64,000 bases of DNA from an uncultured Clostridium sp. (GCA_947367845.1 CANBES010000001.1:36437-100436), one strand, 5' to 3'; positions 1-10,583 are shown, counted from the stretch's first letter. The notes: a model not told the origin generated them from the letters alone. Program-made: numbers and translations.

Positions 1-25
1 TTTTTTTTAACATACTTTAAATCAC

Positions 26-457
26 CTACTCTCCTTCTGGATTTTGGCCTTCTCCTGTACTTGCTTTTTCTATTTCTTGAATTTTAGCAATTAGTGTTTC
101 TTTTTTCATATTGTGAGTATTTTTTATTCCTAATTCTTTTGCTCTTTCTTTTAATGCTTCTAGTTCTTCATCTTCGCTTTCATTGTTTTCTCCAACATCT
201 TCTTCATTGTCTCCTTCTGGATTATTTTCTCCCTCAATGTTACCGACATTTGTGTCGCTATCATCATTATTTGAATTTTCTTGTTCTCCTTCTGGATTTT
301 GGCCTTCTCCTGTACTTGCTTTTTCTATTTCTTCTATGATATCAACATACTCTTTGTTTCTTTCGTATTCCTCCAAATCAATAATTGCTTCATCATTAAT
401 AAAACACCATCTATTTGCAAGTTTTACACCTTCGCCTTTTACTCTAACTTTAATCAT
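26..457 (-). CDS. Acidic phage structural-module protein with Rho-N-like helical motif and duplicated C-terminal peptide
   Basis: ORF downstream of the capsid gene. Motif LEALKERAKELGI...KKETLIAKI resembles the Rho_N/SAP-like domain. A 48-bp exact DNA repeat encodes the duplicated peptide EKASTGEGQNPEGE. Confidence 0.45.
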   Translation of the reverse strand: MIKVRVKGEGVKLANRWCFINDEAIIDLEEYERNKEYVDIIEEIEKASTGEGQNPEGEQENSNNDDSDTNVGNIEGENNPEGDNEEDVGENNESEDEELEALKERAKELGIKNTHNMKKETLIAKIQEIEKASTGEGQNPEGE

Positions 458-503
458 TTTTGACTACCTCCTAATTAAATTAAAATTGAGTAAGGGATTT
501 CCC

Positions 504-1547
504 TTACCCAATATTTATTTTTGCTTGGAATATATCTTCAGCACAACTTAATGCAGGTAATGCTGTTGCAACTGCTTTTTCCCATGTAGATACTGGATCT
601 TTTCCTTCTTCATACATACAAGCAAAGATTTTTCCAACTGTTCTTACATCTACAGAAGGATCTCTTTGTAATCTAATTTCTTCTGCAGTTGGTCCATAAA
701 CAGTTTCTCCTAATGTTTCATTAGGTAGCATAACAAATTTATCTTCTGGGAAATATCTATTCTTTGTATATGTTCCATCAGCATTTAATTTTCTATATTT
801 TTTATCATAAGTATAGATTTTTGGTAATCCTAAAGACTCTAAATAAGTATTTAATTCTCCAACACTTGCTAGTCTTGTTGTATCCTTACCAAATAAAGCA
901 TTTGTTACATTTTTATTTGATAATATTTTTGCAAGAATAGTATTAGATGTTATTACTCTTCCTGGCATTTGATCTAGTTTATTAGCCCATGTAATCATAT
1001 CATTAATTGGATTTGCTGTAGCTGATGACCAATCAACATTTGTTGCTTTGTTTTCTGTTGGAACACCATAGTCTATTGACGCAGATAATCCATTTTCATC
1101 TAATGTTATAACACCATTTGCAATAACATCCATTCTCATTTTTTCTACTCTAGCCCTTACTGATTCAACTAGATTATCAAAATCATTATAAACACTTTTC
1201 ATTAAATATTGTCTTTCTGCTTCATTTCTTGGACTTTCTAATGCAATTATTTCTTTTTCTTTTAATTGCATTTTTCTTTTAATTAAAGCTAATTCAATTG
1301 CTTTTTTCTCTGCTTCTCTTTGTCCAATCTCTGATTCAGTATCAAATCCATGAACAGATGCAATTACTGGTGTCTTGCTAGCATTTGTTAATACTTCAAA
1401 TTCAAGACTTTGTTTTTTAGTTTCTGGGAATAATTCCTCACCCATCATTGCTGGGAACTTTCTTTCTTTTAAATAATTTAAAACTTCTTTTTGATTAAAT
1501 AATTCTAATACACTTTTTGGCATAATTAATACACTCTCCTTTTTCAT
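504..1547 (-). CDS. Major capsid protein (lambda gpE-like family)
   Basis: 347 aa. Sits after the scaffold and a 110-aa decoration-like gene in lambda-like order. Size and composition fit the capsid E family. Confidence 0.55.
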   Translation of the reverse strand: MKKESVLIMPKSVLELFNQKEVLNYLKERKFPAMMGEELFPETKKQSLEFEVLTNASKTPVIASVHGFDTESEIGQREAEKKAIELALIKRKMQLKEKEIIALESPRNEAERQYLMKSVYNDFDNLVESVRARVEKMRMDVIANGVITLDENGLSASIDYGVPTENKATNVDWSSATANPINDMITWANKLDQMPGRVITSNTILAKILSNKNVTNALFGKDTTRLASVGELNTYLESLGLPKIYTYDKKYRKLNADGTYTKNRYFPEDKFVMLPNETLGETVYGPTAEEIRLQRDPSVDVRTVGKIFACMYEEGKDPVSTWEKAVATALPALSCAEDIFQAKINIG

Positions 1548-1592
1548 TTTTACTTAGAAAATAGATAGCATCATTTTTGCTATCTACCTTTT

Positions 1593-1925
1593 TTATCTAA
1601 ATTTAATTCCTGTCATTGTAGCTTTATCAGCTGCACTAATTGTTTCTGGTAATCTTGATTCTAATACATATCCTTCTACCATTACTGCTGCTGGTTGTGG
1701 ACCATGAGTTACATCTACATCTGCAAATATTAATCCTATTGCAGTTTTTGTTGTTTCTCCTCCTTCAGATTTAGTAGTTTTATAATATACAGTTCCTGCT
1801 TGAACTATCTTTCTACCTTTCTCATCAGCAGTGATATCTGTATCATCTACTTGATAAGTAAAATTTTGAAACTTAGCTGATGCTAAGAAATTTTTTTCTT
1901 TTACACTTTCTTTTGAAACGTACAT
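1593..1925 (-). CDS. Head decoration protein (gpD-like)
   Basis: 110 aa, between scaffold and major capsid, as lambda gpD is. Confidence 0.4.
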   Translation of the reverse strand: MYVSKESVKEKNFLASAKFQNFTYQVDDTDITADEKGRKIVQAGTVYYKTTKSEGGETTKTAIGLIFADVDVTHGPQPAAVMVEGYVLESRLPETISAADKATMTGIKFR

Positions 1926-1943
1926 AATTTTTACCTCCTAAAT

Positions 1944-2558
1944 TTAATTAAAAAATTGGCTTTTTGTTTCTTGGCTTTCACTTTTGTTAGCCTCTTTAGC
2001 GAAATTAGCAGCCATACTAATATCGTCTCCTTCATCTCCTTTGTTTCCATCGGGATCAACTGGCTCATAACCAGATGCTTTTTTCTTTTCAAAGAAATGA
2101 GGTGCTTCTTTTTTGTAACCTTCAATTAATTCTTTTAATCCTACTAATGACTTTTTATCATCAGATATTTTTGTTTTATCTTTATCTTTATTTATTAATG
2201 AAATTACTGCTTCTCTTGTAAATTTGTCTTTTAATACTTTTGCATCATCTAGACCTTTATTTAGTAAATCATTATAAATATAATCTTCATTTTCTTTTTT
2301 AGCATTATCCTCTATTTCTTTAATTTTTTTGTCGTATTCATCTTTTGAAATACTATTCTTTTGTAAATCAGCAATTGCTTTTTCTTTGTCCTCTTTTTCT
2401 TTTGTAATAACTTTTTTGTCATTCTCTAATTGTGATTTTTCAGATTGTAAGGTTGTAATCTGAGTATTTAATGCAGCAACCTCTGCACCATTTTTGGCCA
2501 TAACAGATTCTACTTGTTCATCTGTTAATCCCATTGCCTTTAATTCTTCTCTTTTCAT
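1944..2558 (-). CDS. Phage scaffold protein (coiled-coil, K/E-rich); likely start MKREEL after RBS GAAAGGAG
   Basis: Charged coiled-coil sequence located between the MuF-like protein and the capsid genes. The long ORF (to 2633) reads through a GC-rich structured leader. Confidence 0.5.
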   Translation of the reverse strand: MKREELKAMGLTDEQVESVMAKNGAEVAALNTQITTLQSEKSQLENDKKVITKEKEDKEKAIADLQKNSISKDEYDKKIKEIEDNAKKENEDYIYNDLLNKGLDDAKVLKDKFTREAVISLINKDKDKTKISDDKKSLVGLKELIEGYKKEAPHFFEKKKASGYEPVDPDGNKGDEGDDISMAANFAKEANKSESQETKSQFFN

Positions 2559-2822
2559 GAGTTCTCCTTTCAATTCAGGCATTCGTGTTTTTATACGGAG
2601 CAACGCCTCCGACCTGGTGTTGTTATCGAACAACTTACAAAATCGTAATATATAAAAAATAGGTATGTTAAGTTACATACCTACCTTTATAACTTTGTTA
2701 TGGTTGTTTAAGAATCCATTTAATCTGCCACTATATCTACAGACACCAAAAAAAGACATATAAAACTATATGCCTTTTAAATAAAATCGCCTTAAATTGT
2801 ATTTTAGCGGTTCGTTTTTTCG

Positions 2823-3038
2823 CTATTTCTCGCTATTTTCTAGTATTTCAATCTTTAATATTTCGTTTTCAAAAAGTGAGTAATTTTTATTGTCTTGTTC
2901 GTTTAATATATCGATTTCTTCTACTTCTGGTTCATTATCTTCAGCTGGTACATATCCAACAACTTTTCCTATAAATTCTTTACTATTATCTACTTTTATT
3001 TTTACTCTTTTACTTAAATATTCTTCTAAATTTTTCAT
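2823..3038 (-). CDS. Small acidic phage protein
   Basis: ORF tightly packed in the head module. Confidence 0.3.
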   Translation of the reverse strand: MKNLEEYLSKRVKIKVDNSKEFIGKVVGYVPAEDNEPEVEEIDILNEQDNKNYSLFENEILKIEILENSEK

Positions 3039-3042
3039 AACA

Positions 3043-4608
3043 TTATCCTTTCTTATATGGAACTATATGAACTCCCGTTTTACTATAATGAATTTTAAAA
3101 CTGCTTGTTTCTGTTTCTCCTTTTTTAGTTTTTACCACACCTATTTTTTTATTTATTTCTATGATTTCTTTCTTGTCCCATTTTCCATTTTTATCAAAGT
3201 TTATTGTACCTTTTCCTGCATATTTATTAACTAAATCTTGTGCTTCTTTGTTAGATATAGTTAGATAACTTTTACTATCAATATAATTGTTGCTACCTCT
3301 AATGTGTTTGTCTTGCTTACCAACATCAATAATTTTATTTGTATTACTGATATATTGTTTAACCGCTTCATTGCTAGTTATTCCTTTTGCATCTGCATAT
3401 TGTGCTTTTAAATTCTTCCATTTGTCTATATTATTATACTTCATTTCTTGAAAATCTGCAAATGTTCTAGGTATATCATCTCCAAGAATATTTTTATATC
3501 TTTTGTATTGTTCATAGTCTGATGATTTATTTTTATTCATTTTTACATCAGTTTCAAATGCCTTCTTAGTTGCTGGATCAGAATATACATATTTTTCTAA
3601 CCATTCATTATATGTAATATTGTTTGGTATATAATATGTTTTTCCTCCAGTATTTCTTGCTGCTCTTTCTCCAAACTCAAATTCATCCTTAAAGTATGGT
3701 GCTGTTGTCGTTCTACATCTAATATGATATGGTGGTGCAGTTATTCCTATTTTATAATCTTTCATATCAAATATCTTTCCATCTATTTCTCTACATTCTT
3801 CTGATGTTTTAGAGTCTAATGTTGCTATATTTATATATTGTTGTACCCATAATTCATTAAAACATTGTTTTCTTGATGCACTTGCAAAAAATGCTGATTC
3901 AGTCATTACTAATCTTCCAGCTTTATATTGGCTTGTGTTAAAATCTTTTGCAATTTTTTCTATAAGTTGATCTGCATCTCCTCTTAAAGATTTCTCTAAG
4001 TCCTTTTGTAGTGTATCTAGCAAAGCCTTTTTATTTTTCCAAATTCTATCTGAGAATGTCTGCTCGTCGCTTGTCCATGGTCTAGATATAATTTTTTGAA
4101 TAGTATCTATATTTAAAGTTGCAAATTTAAAGGCCACATTTGAACCTTTTTGTAATTCATATGCTGTTTTATAATAGTTATCCTTATATGATTCAATAAT
4201 AAATTCAGTTGTTGTTTCCTGTTCATTATAATATAATTTTTCAATTTGTTGCTGTATTTGTATTTCTAATGCTTCTAATCTAGAAATATGAACTTTTGCA
4301 CTTGCATTTTCTAATTCTTTTTTCCAAATTAAATCTATTCCATTTTCTTGGCCATATTTTATATATTCATTAATATCCCATTTTAATTCTTTTAATTCTT
4401 GTATATTTAACCATTTTTTTGCTTCTTTTAAACTTATTTGATTATTAACTGCAAATCTTACTAACCAATTATTTATTTCTTTTTTTACTGAACTTAAAGT
4501 TCTTTCATATGCTTCCTGTAATTCTGTAATGTATTTTGCCTCATTTAATAATTGCGCTTTTTCAAGTTCTTCAAATCTTTTTGTCCAATATTCTGCATTT
4601 CTTCCCAT
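3043..4608 (-). CDS. Minor head / head morphogenesis protein (SPP1 gp7 / Mu F-like) with ~190-aa C-terminal extension
   Basis: Immediately downstream of the portal. 521 aa is well above the MuF core size. The C-terminal segment contains KHIRGSNNY and FKIHYSKTGVHIVPY. Confidence 0.55.
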   Translation of the reverse strand: MGRNAEYWTKRFEELEKAQLLNEAKYITELQEAYERTLSSVKKEINNWLVRFAVNNQISLKEAKKWLNIQELKELKWDINEYIKYGQENGIDLIWKKELENASAKVHISRLEALEIQIQQQIEKLYYNEQETTTEFIIESYKDNYYKTAYELQKGSNVAFKFATLNIDTIQKIISRPWTSDEQTFSDRIWKNKKALLDTLQKDLEKSLRGDADQLIEKIAKDFNTSQYKAGRLVMTESAFFASASRKQCFNELWVQQYINIATLDSKTSEECREIDGKIFDMKDYKIGITAPPYHIRCRTTTAPYFKDEFEFGERAARNTGGKTYYIPNNITYNEWLEKYVYSDPATKKAFETDVKMNKNKSSDYEQYKRYKNILGDDIPRTFADFQEMKYNNIDKWKNLKAQYADAKGITSNEAVKQYISNTNKIIDVGKQDKHIRGSNNYIDSKSYLTISNKEAQDLVNKYAGKGTINFDKNGKWDKKEIIEINKKIGVVKTKKGETETSSFKIHYSKTGVHIVPYKKG

Positions 4609-6161
4609 TACTTATCACCAACTTTTGCACCATCTTTATTACTAGTTAATTTATTGCTATTTAATTCTTTTATCATCTTGTCATATTCTGATTCTTGTTT
4701 TTTAGCTTCTTCTTTTTCTTCAGTTTCTATTTTTTCTTCTTCATCTTCTACATCATTAACATATGGATGTCTTGATCTAATTGTATATTTACTTATTATT
4801 CCCATACTATTTACACAATTTTCAATTAATTCTTTTTCATTTACAGTCATAGTTTTATTAAATACAAACTCAACTTCTTTATCAGTGTAATCTTTTCCAG
4901 TTGTCATTTCTACCCAGTTATTATAGAAGAACATAAAATATTCTAAACTACTTTTGAATTCTGTTTCTATATTTGAGCAGTCAAGATCCAAATCTGCATA
5001 TAATTGTTTTAGTGCAACTCCCGACTCTTGTGTTCCAAATTTTTCGCTTTGTGTATCAACTCCAGAACCACCTTCGTAAATATCTTTTCTTAATTGCTCT
5101 ATAAAACTTTTAAATGCTTCTATATTTAGATTGATATCTTTTCTATCATAGTCTCCGTCTTCATCTAAAAATACAGTATTAAATGTAGCAAGGTTTTTTT
5201 GGAATGTTCCTGCTTCTGCCTGATAATTCTTAACAACATTTACTCCATCTGGTGCATCATAAATAGAGTCTCCCGTTCTAGAGCATAATTCATCATAACA
5301 ATCAATAAGAGATTTTAGTAAATGAATTAAAGGCATTTCATCACCATTATATTTAAAATAAATAAATGGTATTTTGGTCCAATTATGAAGTTTATCTCCT
5401 ATTTTGAAATGTGCTAAAATGCTTATTCCATATATATCTTTTCCAATTACTAAATCATTTCTCTTTTCTACTTCTTCAACATCTTCTATTAATGTTTCTC
5501 CATCATATATAAGATATCTAACACCATCTAAATCCCAATATTCTACTTTTGTTTTCTTTTCTCTTTCAGTTTCACTTGTATAAACTTCAACATCATAGGT
5601 CATTATTATTGCATCTAGTATTTCATGTTCTTCATCTTGCCATAATGGAATTATCCTTGTTGCATATCTTAATCTTGCTTTTAAATCTCCATCTTTATCA
5701 ATATATATTTGCCACCAACTTATTCCTCTTTTTACTGCTTCTATTAATGTATATTTTAGCCTTTTATGCATTTTATTATTAAATAATGATTTTAAAATTT
5801 CTTTGTAATCATTATCTTCTTTTTCATCTTTTGCTATTACTTGCTTTATGTTTGGTTTTTTCCTTAATAAGTATCCCGCTTTTTGATTTATCATTTTATA
5901 TAGTATTGGATGTTTCAATATGTAATTTTTAGCATGAGGTGCAATTTCTTCTGTTCCATCTTTATTTATATAAGTTCTTTTCTTATTTTTAATGTCTCCT
6001 TCATTTTTGAAATATTTGCTACCTTCTAGCATTTCTTTATATGCATCTGATTGTTTAAAATCATTTATTTGTAAATCAATAAATTTTGATAATTCCATAC
6101 CTTTCTTGGCACCTTCAGTAATTATCATTTTTATTTTATCCATTTCTGTTATCATCTTCAA
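4608..6161 (-). CDS. Portal protein (SPP1 Gp6-like)
   Basis: 517 aa between TerL and the MuF-like gene, with an acidic C-terminus. Confidence 0.65.
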   Translation of the reverse strand: MKMITEMDKIKMIITEGAKKGMELSKFIDLQINDFKQSDAYKEMLEGSKYFKNEGDIKNKKRTYINKDGTEEIAPHAKNYILKHPILYKMINQKAGYLLRKKPNIKQVIAKDEKEDNDYKEILKSLFNNKMHKRLKYTLIEAVKRGISWWQIYIDKDGDLKARLRYATRIIPLWQDEEHEILDAIIMTYDVEVYTSETEREKKTKVEYWDLDGVRYLIYDGETLIEDVEEVEKRNDLVIGKDIYGISILAHFKIGDKLHNWTKIPFIYFKYNGDEMPLIHLLKSLIDCYDELCSRTGDSIYDAPDGVNVVKNYQAEAGTFQKNLATFNTVFLDEDGDYDRKDINLNIEAFKSFIEQLRKDIYEGGSGVDTQSEKFGTQESGVALKQLYADLDLDCSNIETEFKSSLEYFMFFYNNWVEMTTGKDYTDKEVEFVFNKTMTVNEKELIENCVNSMGIISKYTIRSRHPYVNDVEDEEEKIETEEKEEAKKQESEYDKMIKELNSNKLTSNKDGAKVGDK

Positions 6162-6171
6162 TCTCTCCTTA

Positions 6172-7611
6172 TTATACGAAATATGCTCCCCTCTTCTTGT
6201 TAGGGAATAGTGTTTGTAATAAGTATCTTAACGCATCGAGTGCGTGGTCATTTTGTTTTATAGGCTTGTCCTCTCCTTTTTCTTGTGCTTTTTCGTCCCA
6301 TATATATGAATTGAATTCTCTAATAATATTTTTACATTTTTCTTCTACTATATGGATTCGTTCTTCATCTAACCAATTTAGCACTAAGTTAATACCATCT
6401 ATTACTGCGTTATCCGCTTCTTTTACAGTTATCTTGTTTTGCTTAAATAAATTAATTAAAGATGTTGCACTAGGGTCTATAATAACCTTTCTAACATCTA
6501 TATCTTTTATTAATTTTTTATAATCTTTAAGAAACATATCATCTGTTTTTGTGATTTTCTCTTCTTGGCCATTCTTATTCTTCTTTACACCTTTGTTGTA
6601 ATATTCGTCCAATATCCATACATGTGGTTTTCCATCTATGTATTTTATTCCACATAATAAAAACACCTGTGGATTTGTAATTCCATAATCAGATGTTACA
6701 TAAAAATAATCAAATTTATTTGGAATATCTTTTGCTTTAACACAATGTTTTGATTTATCAAAATTAGGATATATAATTCCTTCTGCAAGTACCCATAATC
6801 CTAAAATAAATCTTTGGTAGAATACTCCTATAAACATTTTTTTATATCTATCTTTTACTTCTTCAGATAAACTTAAATTATCGTCCATTGTAAAATGTAG
6901 ATATATAATACCTTTTTCTTTTGCTTTATCAATCCAGTTTACTTTAAACCAATGATTTGGTCCTTCTGGGTTGCAGTTAAACCAATACTTTGAACCTTTT
7001 ACAGAACATCTTGCTAATGCTTGGTTTACAAATGACTCTGGCATCAATGCGACTTCATCTAAGAACACTCCTGCTGCAGTAATACCTTGTACTAAGTCTT
7101 GCGATCTTTCATCTTTACCACCAAATATATAAAAATAATTTATTGTTTCACCTTTTGAAATTTCTACTAAGTTGTCGGATCTTCTATCTTTTATAGTATA
7201 TCCCTGTACTCTTAACATTAATTTTAGCCAAAATAAAACATTTCTTCTAAATGCACCTACAGTTTTACCTGCCATAATAAAGTTTTGTCCATTAAACTTT
7301 GTCATTGCCCATAATACAAATGATAATGACATAGAAAGTGTCTTTCCTGCTCTAATACTACCATCTGCTATTATTCCATTTTTGTCTTTTACAGGGCTTT
7401 TATCATTCCACCAAGTTAATACTTTCTTTTGTTTTAAACTAAATTTTCTAAACTTGAATATAGTACCATTTTTTATTTTTTTTCTTAAAGTTATTGCATT
7501 TTGCATAACTTGTTTTTTTAGATTAGAAATTCTTTCATCAAGAGTTAAGTTACTCTTGCTTTGATTCTTCTTCATCATAATCATCCCATGTACTTTCCAC
7601 ACTATCATCAA
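6172..7611 (-). CDS. Terminase large subunit
   Basis: Walker A motif GSIRAGKT, an N-terminal ATPase and a C-terminal nuclease-like region. The true start is probably an internal Met (overlaps TerS). Confidence 0.75.
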   Translation of the reverse strand: MMIVWKVHGMIMMKKNQSKSNLTLDERISNLKKQVMQNAITLRKKIKNGTIFKFRKFSLKQKKVLTWWNDKSPVKDKNGIIADGSIRAGKTLSMSLSFVLWAMTKFNGQNFIMAGKTVGAFRRNVLFWLKLMLRVQGYTIKDRRSDNLVEISKGETINYFYIFGGKDERSQDLVQGITAAGVFLDEVALMPESFVNQALARCSVKGSKYWFNCNPEGPNHWFKVNWIDKAKEKGIIYLHFTMDDNLSLSEEVKDRYKKMFIGVFYQRFILGLWVLAEGIIYPNFDKSKHCVKAKDIPNKFDYFYVTSDYGITNPQVFLLCGIKYIDGKPHVWILDEYYNKGVKKNKNGQEEKITKTDDMFLKDYKKLIKDIDVRKVIIDPSATSLINLFKQNKITVKEADNAVIDGINLVLNWLDEERIHIVEEKCKNIIREFNSYIWDEKAQEKGEDKPIKQNDHALDALRYLLQTLFPNKKRGAYFV

Positions 7612-8305
7612 GTGCTTTTATAAAACTATCATCCTTCATATTTTCTGGATCATTAGTTCCTTCTTTTGCAATTTCTCTTTCTAATCTAATTAATTCTAAT
7701 TCAAGTTTTCTGTCATCATTTTCTATTTTATGATAACTATCTAGATATCTTCTTTTTGCCTCTTGTACTCTTGTCAATGCTTCTTCTAGCCTTTGTATTA
7801 TATTTATGGTACTTTCTGCTTCGGTAGTTGTTAATGTTCCATTGTCCCTATATGTGACATTATTAGATGAACTTTTTGACATTCTCACAATACTCATTTC
7901 TTTTCCATCTTGCATTTTTTTTATTTTTTCTAATATTCTTCTTTCTCTAATTGATAAGATTTTTATTTCAGACATTATTTGATATTTTTTATCATATAGT
8001 TCCTGTTGTTTCATAATCGCTTTTTCTTCATCTGTTAATAAATCATCATATATAGTTTCATATTCGCCAGTTTTTAGTGCTCTTGTGTTTCCTTTTTCTG
8101 CTCCAGGACCTCCTTTGTTTCCTTTTGCATTTTGATTTCCTTTCTTCACTTTACTTAGATTGCTGTCTCTTTTCCATTGTTTCTTTTTTACTAAATAAAG
8201 AACTTCATTATAAGTGACACCATGTTTTTCAGCAATTTGTTTGTAGGTTTTTCCAGACATATAGTCTTTTTTTATTTTAGAAATTTTGTTACTATCTTCT
8301 ATCAC
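7550..8305 (-). CDS. Terminase small subunit (HTH N-terminus)
   Basis: N-terminal HTH (SGKTYKQIAEKHGVTYNEVLYLV), a coiled-coil middle region, and position upstream of TerL. Confidence 0.5.
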   Translation of the reverse strand: MIEDSNKISKIKKDYMSGKTYKQIAEKHGVTYNEVLYLVKKKQWKRDSNLSKVKKGNQNAKGNKGGPGAEKGNTRALKTGEYETIYDDLLTDEEKAIMKQQELYDKKYQIMSEIKILSIRERRILEKIKKMQDGKEMSIVRMSKSSSNNVTYRDNGTLTTTEAESTINIIQRLEEALTRVQEAKRRYLDSYHKIENDDRKLELELIRLEREIAKEGTNDPENMKDDSFIKALDDSVESTWDDYDEEESKQE

Positions 8306-8319
8306 ATCATATCACCCAC

Positions 8320-9513
8320 CTACCTTTTATCTAAAATTGCCTCTTTATTAGTTAAAGTTTCCCATCGTTTCACTATAACATCACAATATTTTGGATCTAA
8401 TTCCATAGAGTAACAAATTCTATTTAATTGTTCTGCAGTAATAATAGTGCTACCACTACCTCCAAATAAATCCAAAATTATGTCATTTTCTTTGCTGGAA
8501 TTTTTTACTAATCTTGCAATTAAATCTATTGGCTTCATTGTAGGGTGTAATGCACTTTGTTTTGGTCTATCAAACTCCAATATAGTGCTTTGAGTTCTGT
8601 CATTAATGAAATGATGTGCTGCACCTTCTTTCCATCCATATAAAATAGGTTCATGTTGCCATTGATAATCTTGTCTTCCCATTACAAAACAATCCTTTTT
8701 CCAAATTAAACATTCTGCTAATTTGAAACCTGAATCTTTAAATGCTTTTCTAAAATTAAGTCCTTCTGTATCTGCATGAAATACATATATAGATGCTCCT
8801 TCTTTTGTAAAATCAAACATATTTATAAATGCTTGTTTTAGAAATTCATAGAATTGAACATCATTCATATTATCATTTGCAATTTTTAATGCATCTACTG
8901 TTTTTCCAACATAGTCTACATTATATGGTGGATCTGTAAGAAGCATATCTGCTTTTTGGTTATTCATAAGATGTATAACATCTTCTTTTTGTGTACTATT
9001 TCCACACATCAAACGATGATTACCTAATATCCAAACATCTCCTGGTTTCGTAATTGGTTCTTCTATTTCTTCATAAGCAGAATCTATATCAAAGTCATCT
9101 TCTTTACTTCCGCTTATATCTTTTAATATCTCATCTACTTCATCAAAATCAAAACCAGTTAAATTTGTATCAAAGTTTTGTAGTTTTAACTCTTGTAATA
9201 ATTCTTCTAATTTTTCTTCATCCCAGTCGCCCTGTATTTTATTTAATGCTATATTTAATGCTTTTTCATTTGTTTTATCTAAATCTACTACAATACATTC
9301 TAATTCTATAAATCCTAATTCTTTTAAAACTTTTAATCTTTGATGTCCTCCAATAACTGTCATATCCTTATTTATTATTAAAGGACTTACAAACCCAAAG
9401 TTTTCTATACTATTTTTAATCTTTATATATTCTGGATCATTTGGCTTTAAATCCTTTCTTGGATTATAAGTAGCAGGTATTAATTTATCAATTTTAATTG
9501 TTTGTATATTCAT
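8320..9513 (-). CDS. ParB-like nuclease domain fused to N6-adenine/N4-cytosine DNA methyltransferase
   Basis: N-terminal ParB/Srx motif (GGHQRLKVLKELG) and a DPPY motif in the methyltransferase part. Confidence 0.7.
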   Translation of the reverse strand: MNIQTIKIDKLIPATYNPRKDLKPNDPEYIKIKNSIENFGFVSPLIINKDMTVIGGHQRLKVLKELGFIELECIVVDLDKTNEKALNIALNKIQGDWDEEKLEELLQELKLQNFDTNLTGFDFDEVDEILKDISGSKEDDFDIDSAYEEIEEPITKPGDVWILGNHRLMCGNSTQKEDVIHLMNNQKADMLLTDPPYNVDYVGKTVDALKIANDNMNDVQFYEFLKQAFINMFDFTKEGASIYVFHADTEGLNFRKAFKDSGFKLAECLIWKKDCFVMGRQDYQWQHEPILYGWKEGAAHHFINDRTQSTILEFDRPKQSALHPTMKPIDLIARLVKNSSKENDIILDLFGGSGSTIITAEQLNRICYSMELDPKYCDVIVKRWETLTNKEAILDKR

Positions 9514-9527
9514 TTCATCACCTTCTT

Positions 9528-10583
9528 TTATATTTTATCTAGTAATTGCTGCTTTATTTGTTCAGCAATTTTCTTCATCATAATTGGTGGTACACTCATG
9601 CCACATACATATTGCACACTCATTCCCATAAAATCATAATCTTGAGGAAATGTTTGTATTGTTATAATATCTTTATCACTAGCATATCCTGGTACATCAT
9701 ATCTTAATGGTGGACTTCCACCTGCTGCTATTGTTGCTGGTGTTCTATCATCTTTTAAATACTGAGTATTAAAACAGCTTATTTTTCCTTTTTCTGTTCT
9801 TTTTATTGTGTCACTTAACTTAACATCTCTTGCTATTCGCTTTTTCCATCTTTCATATGTTAGTGTATCCTGGTTTAATTCTTTATAGTTACTATCTTTT
9901 ATTTCTGCATATTTTATTGGTTTTTCATTAAATTCTAATTTTATTTTTGGAAAATTTATATTTTTGTTAACTGCAATAAAGAATAATCTTTCTCTTCTTT
10001 GAGGTACTCCCATCTTTGCAGCATTTAGCAAAAACAATTGTGTATTATATCCAATTTCATTTAGTCTTTTAATTATTAAATTTACATATCCTCTTGCATT
10101 GCCCTGCATTAATCCTTTTACATTTTCAGCAACTATTATTTTAGGTTTCAATATATTGGCCAGATCTATAAATTCAAAAAACAAGTCATCTAATACTTGA
10201 CTTGTTTGACCTTCTCTAAATTTTTTGTTCTTTCCCCAGTTTTTTTCTCTTTCTCCACATAGTGAAAATGTACTACATGGAGGACTACCATCTAATATAT
10301 CTAAATCATATAATTCTGCAGGTAATTCTTTTAATTTATTCATTTCTTGAATACCCATACAATAATTATATTTAGGATGATGGTTTCTTACATAGATATC
10401 ATTTATTTTTTTATCGATCTCACAATTTCCAATAACATCATATCCTGCTAGTTTATATCCCATAGTAGAACCACCACCACAAGCAAAACATGAAAAAACT
10501 TTATAATTATTCTTTGGTATATTTTTTATATCTTTTAAATACCATTCATATTCTTTCATCTTATTCCACTCCTTGCTGTCCAT
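9528..10583 (-). CDS. DNA cytosine-5 methyltransferase
   Basis: Motif I FSCFACGGGSTMG, PC motif GSPPCSTFS and ENV motif AENVKGL. Confidence 0.75.
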   Translation of the reverse strand: MDSKEWNKMKEYEWYLKDIKNIPKNNYKVFSCFACGGGSTMGYKLAGYDVIGNCEIDKKINDIYVRNHHPKYNYCMGIQEMNKLKELPAELYDLDILDGSPPCSTFSLCGEREKNWGKNKKFREGQTSQVLDDLFFEFIDLANILKPKIIVAENVKGLMQGNARGYVNLIIKRLNEIGYNTQLFLLNAAKMGVPQRRERLFFIAVNKNINFPKIKLEFNEKPIKYAEIKDSNYKELNQDTLTYERWKKRIARDVKLSDTIKRTEKGKISCFNTQYLKDDRTPATIAAGGSPPLRYDVPGYASDKDIITIQTFPQDYDFMGMSVQYVCGMSVPPIMMKKIAEQIKQQLLDKI

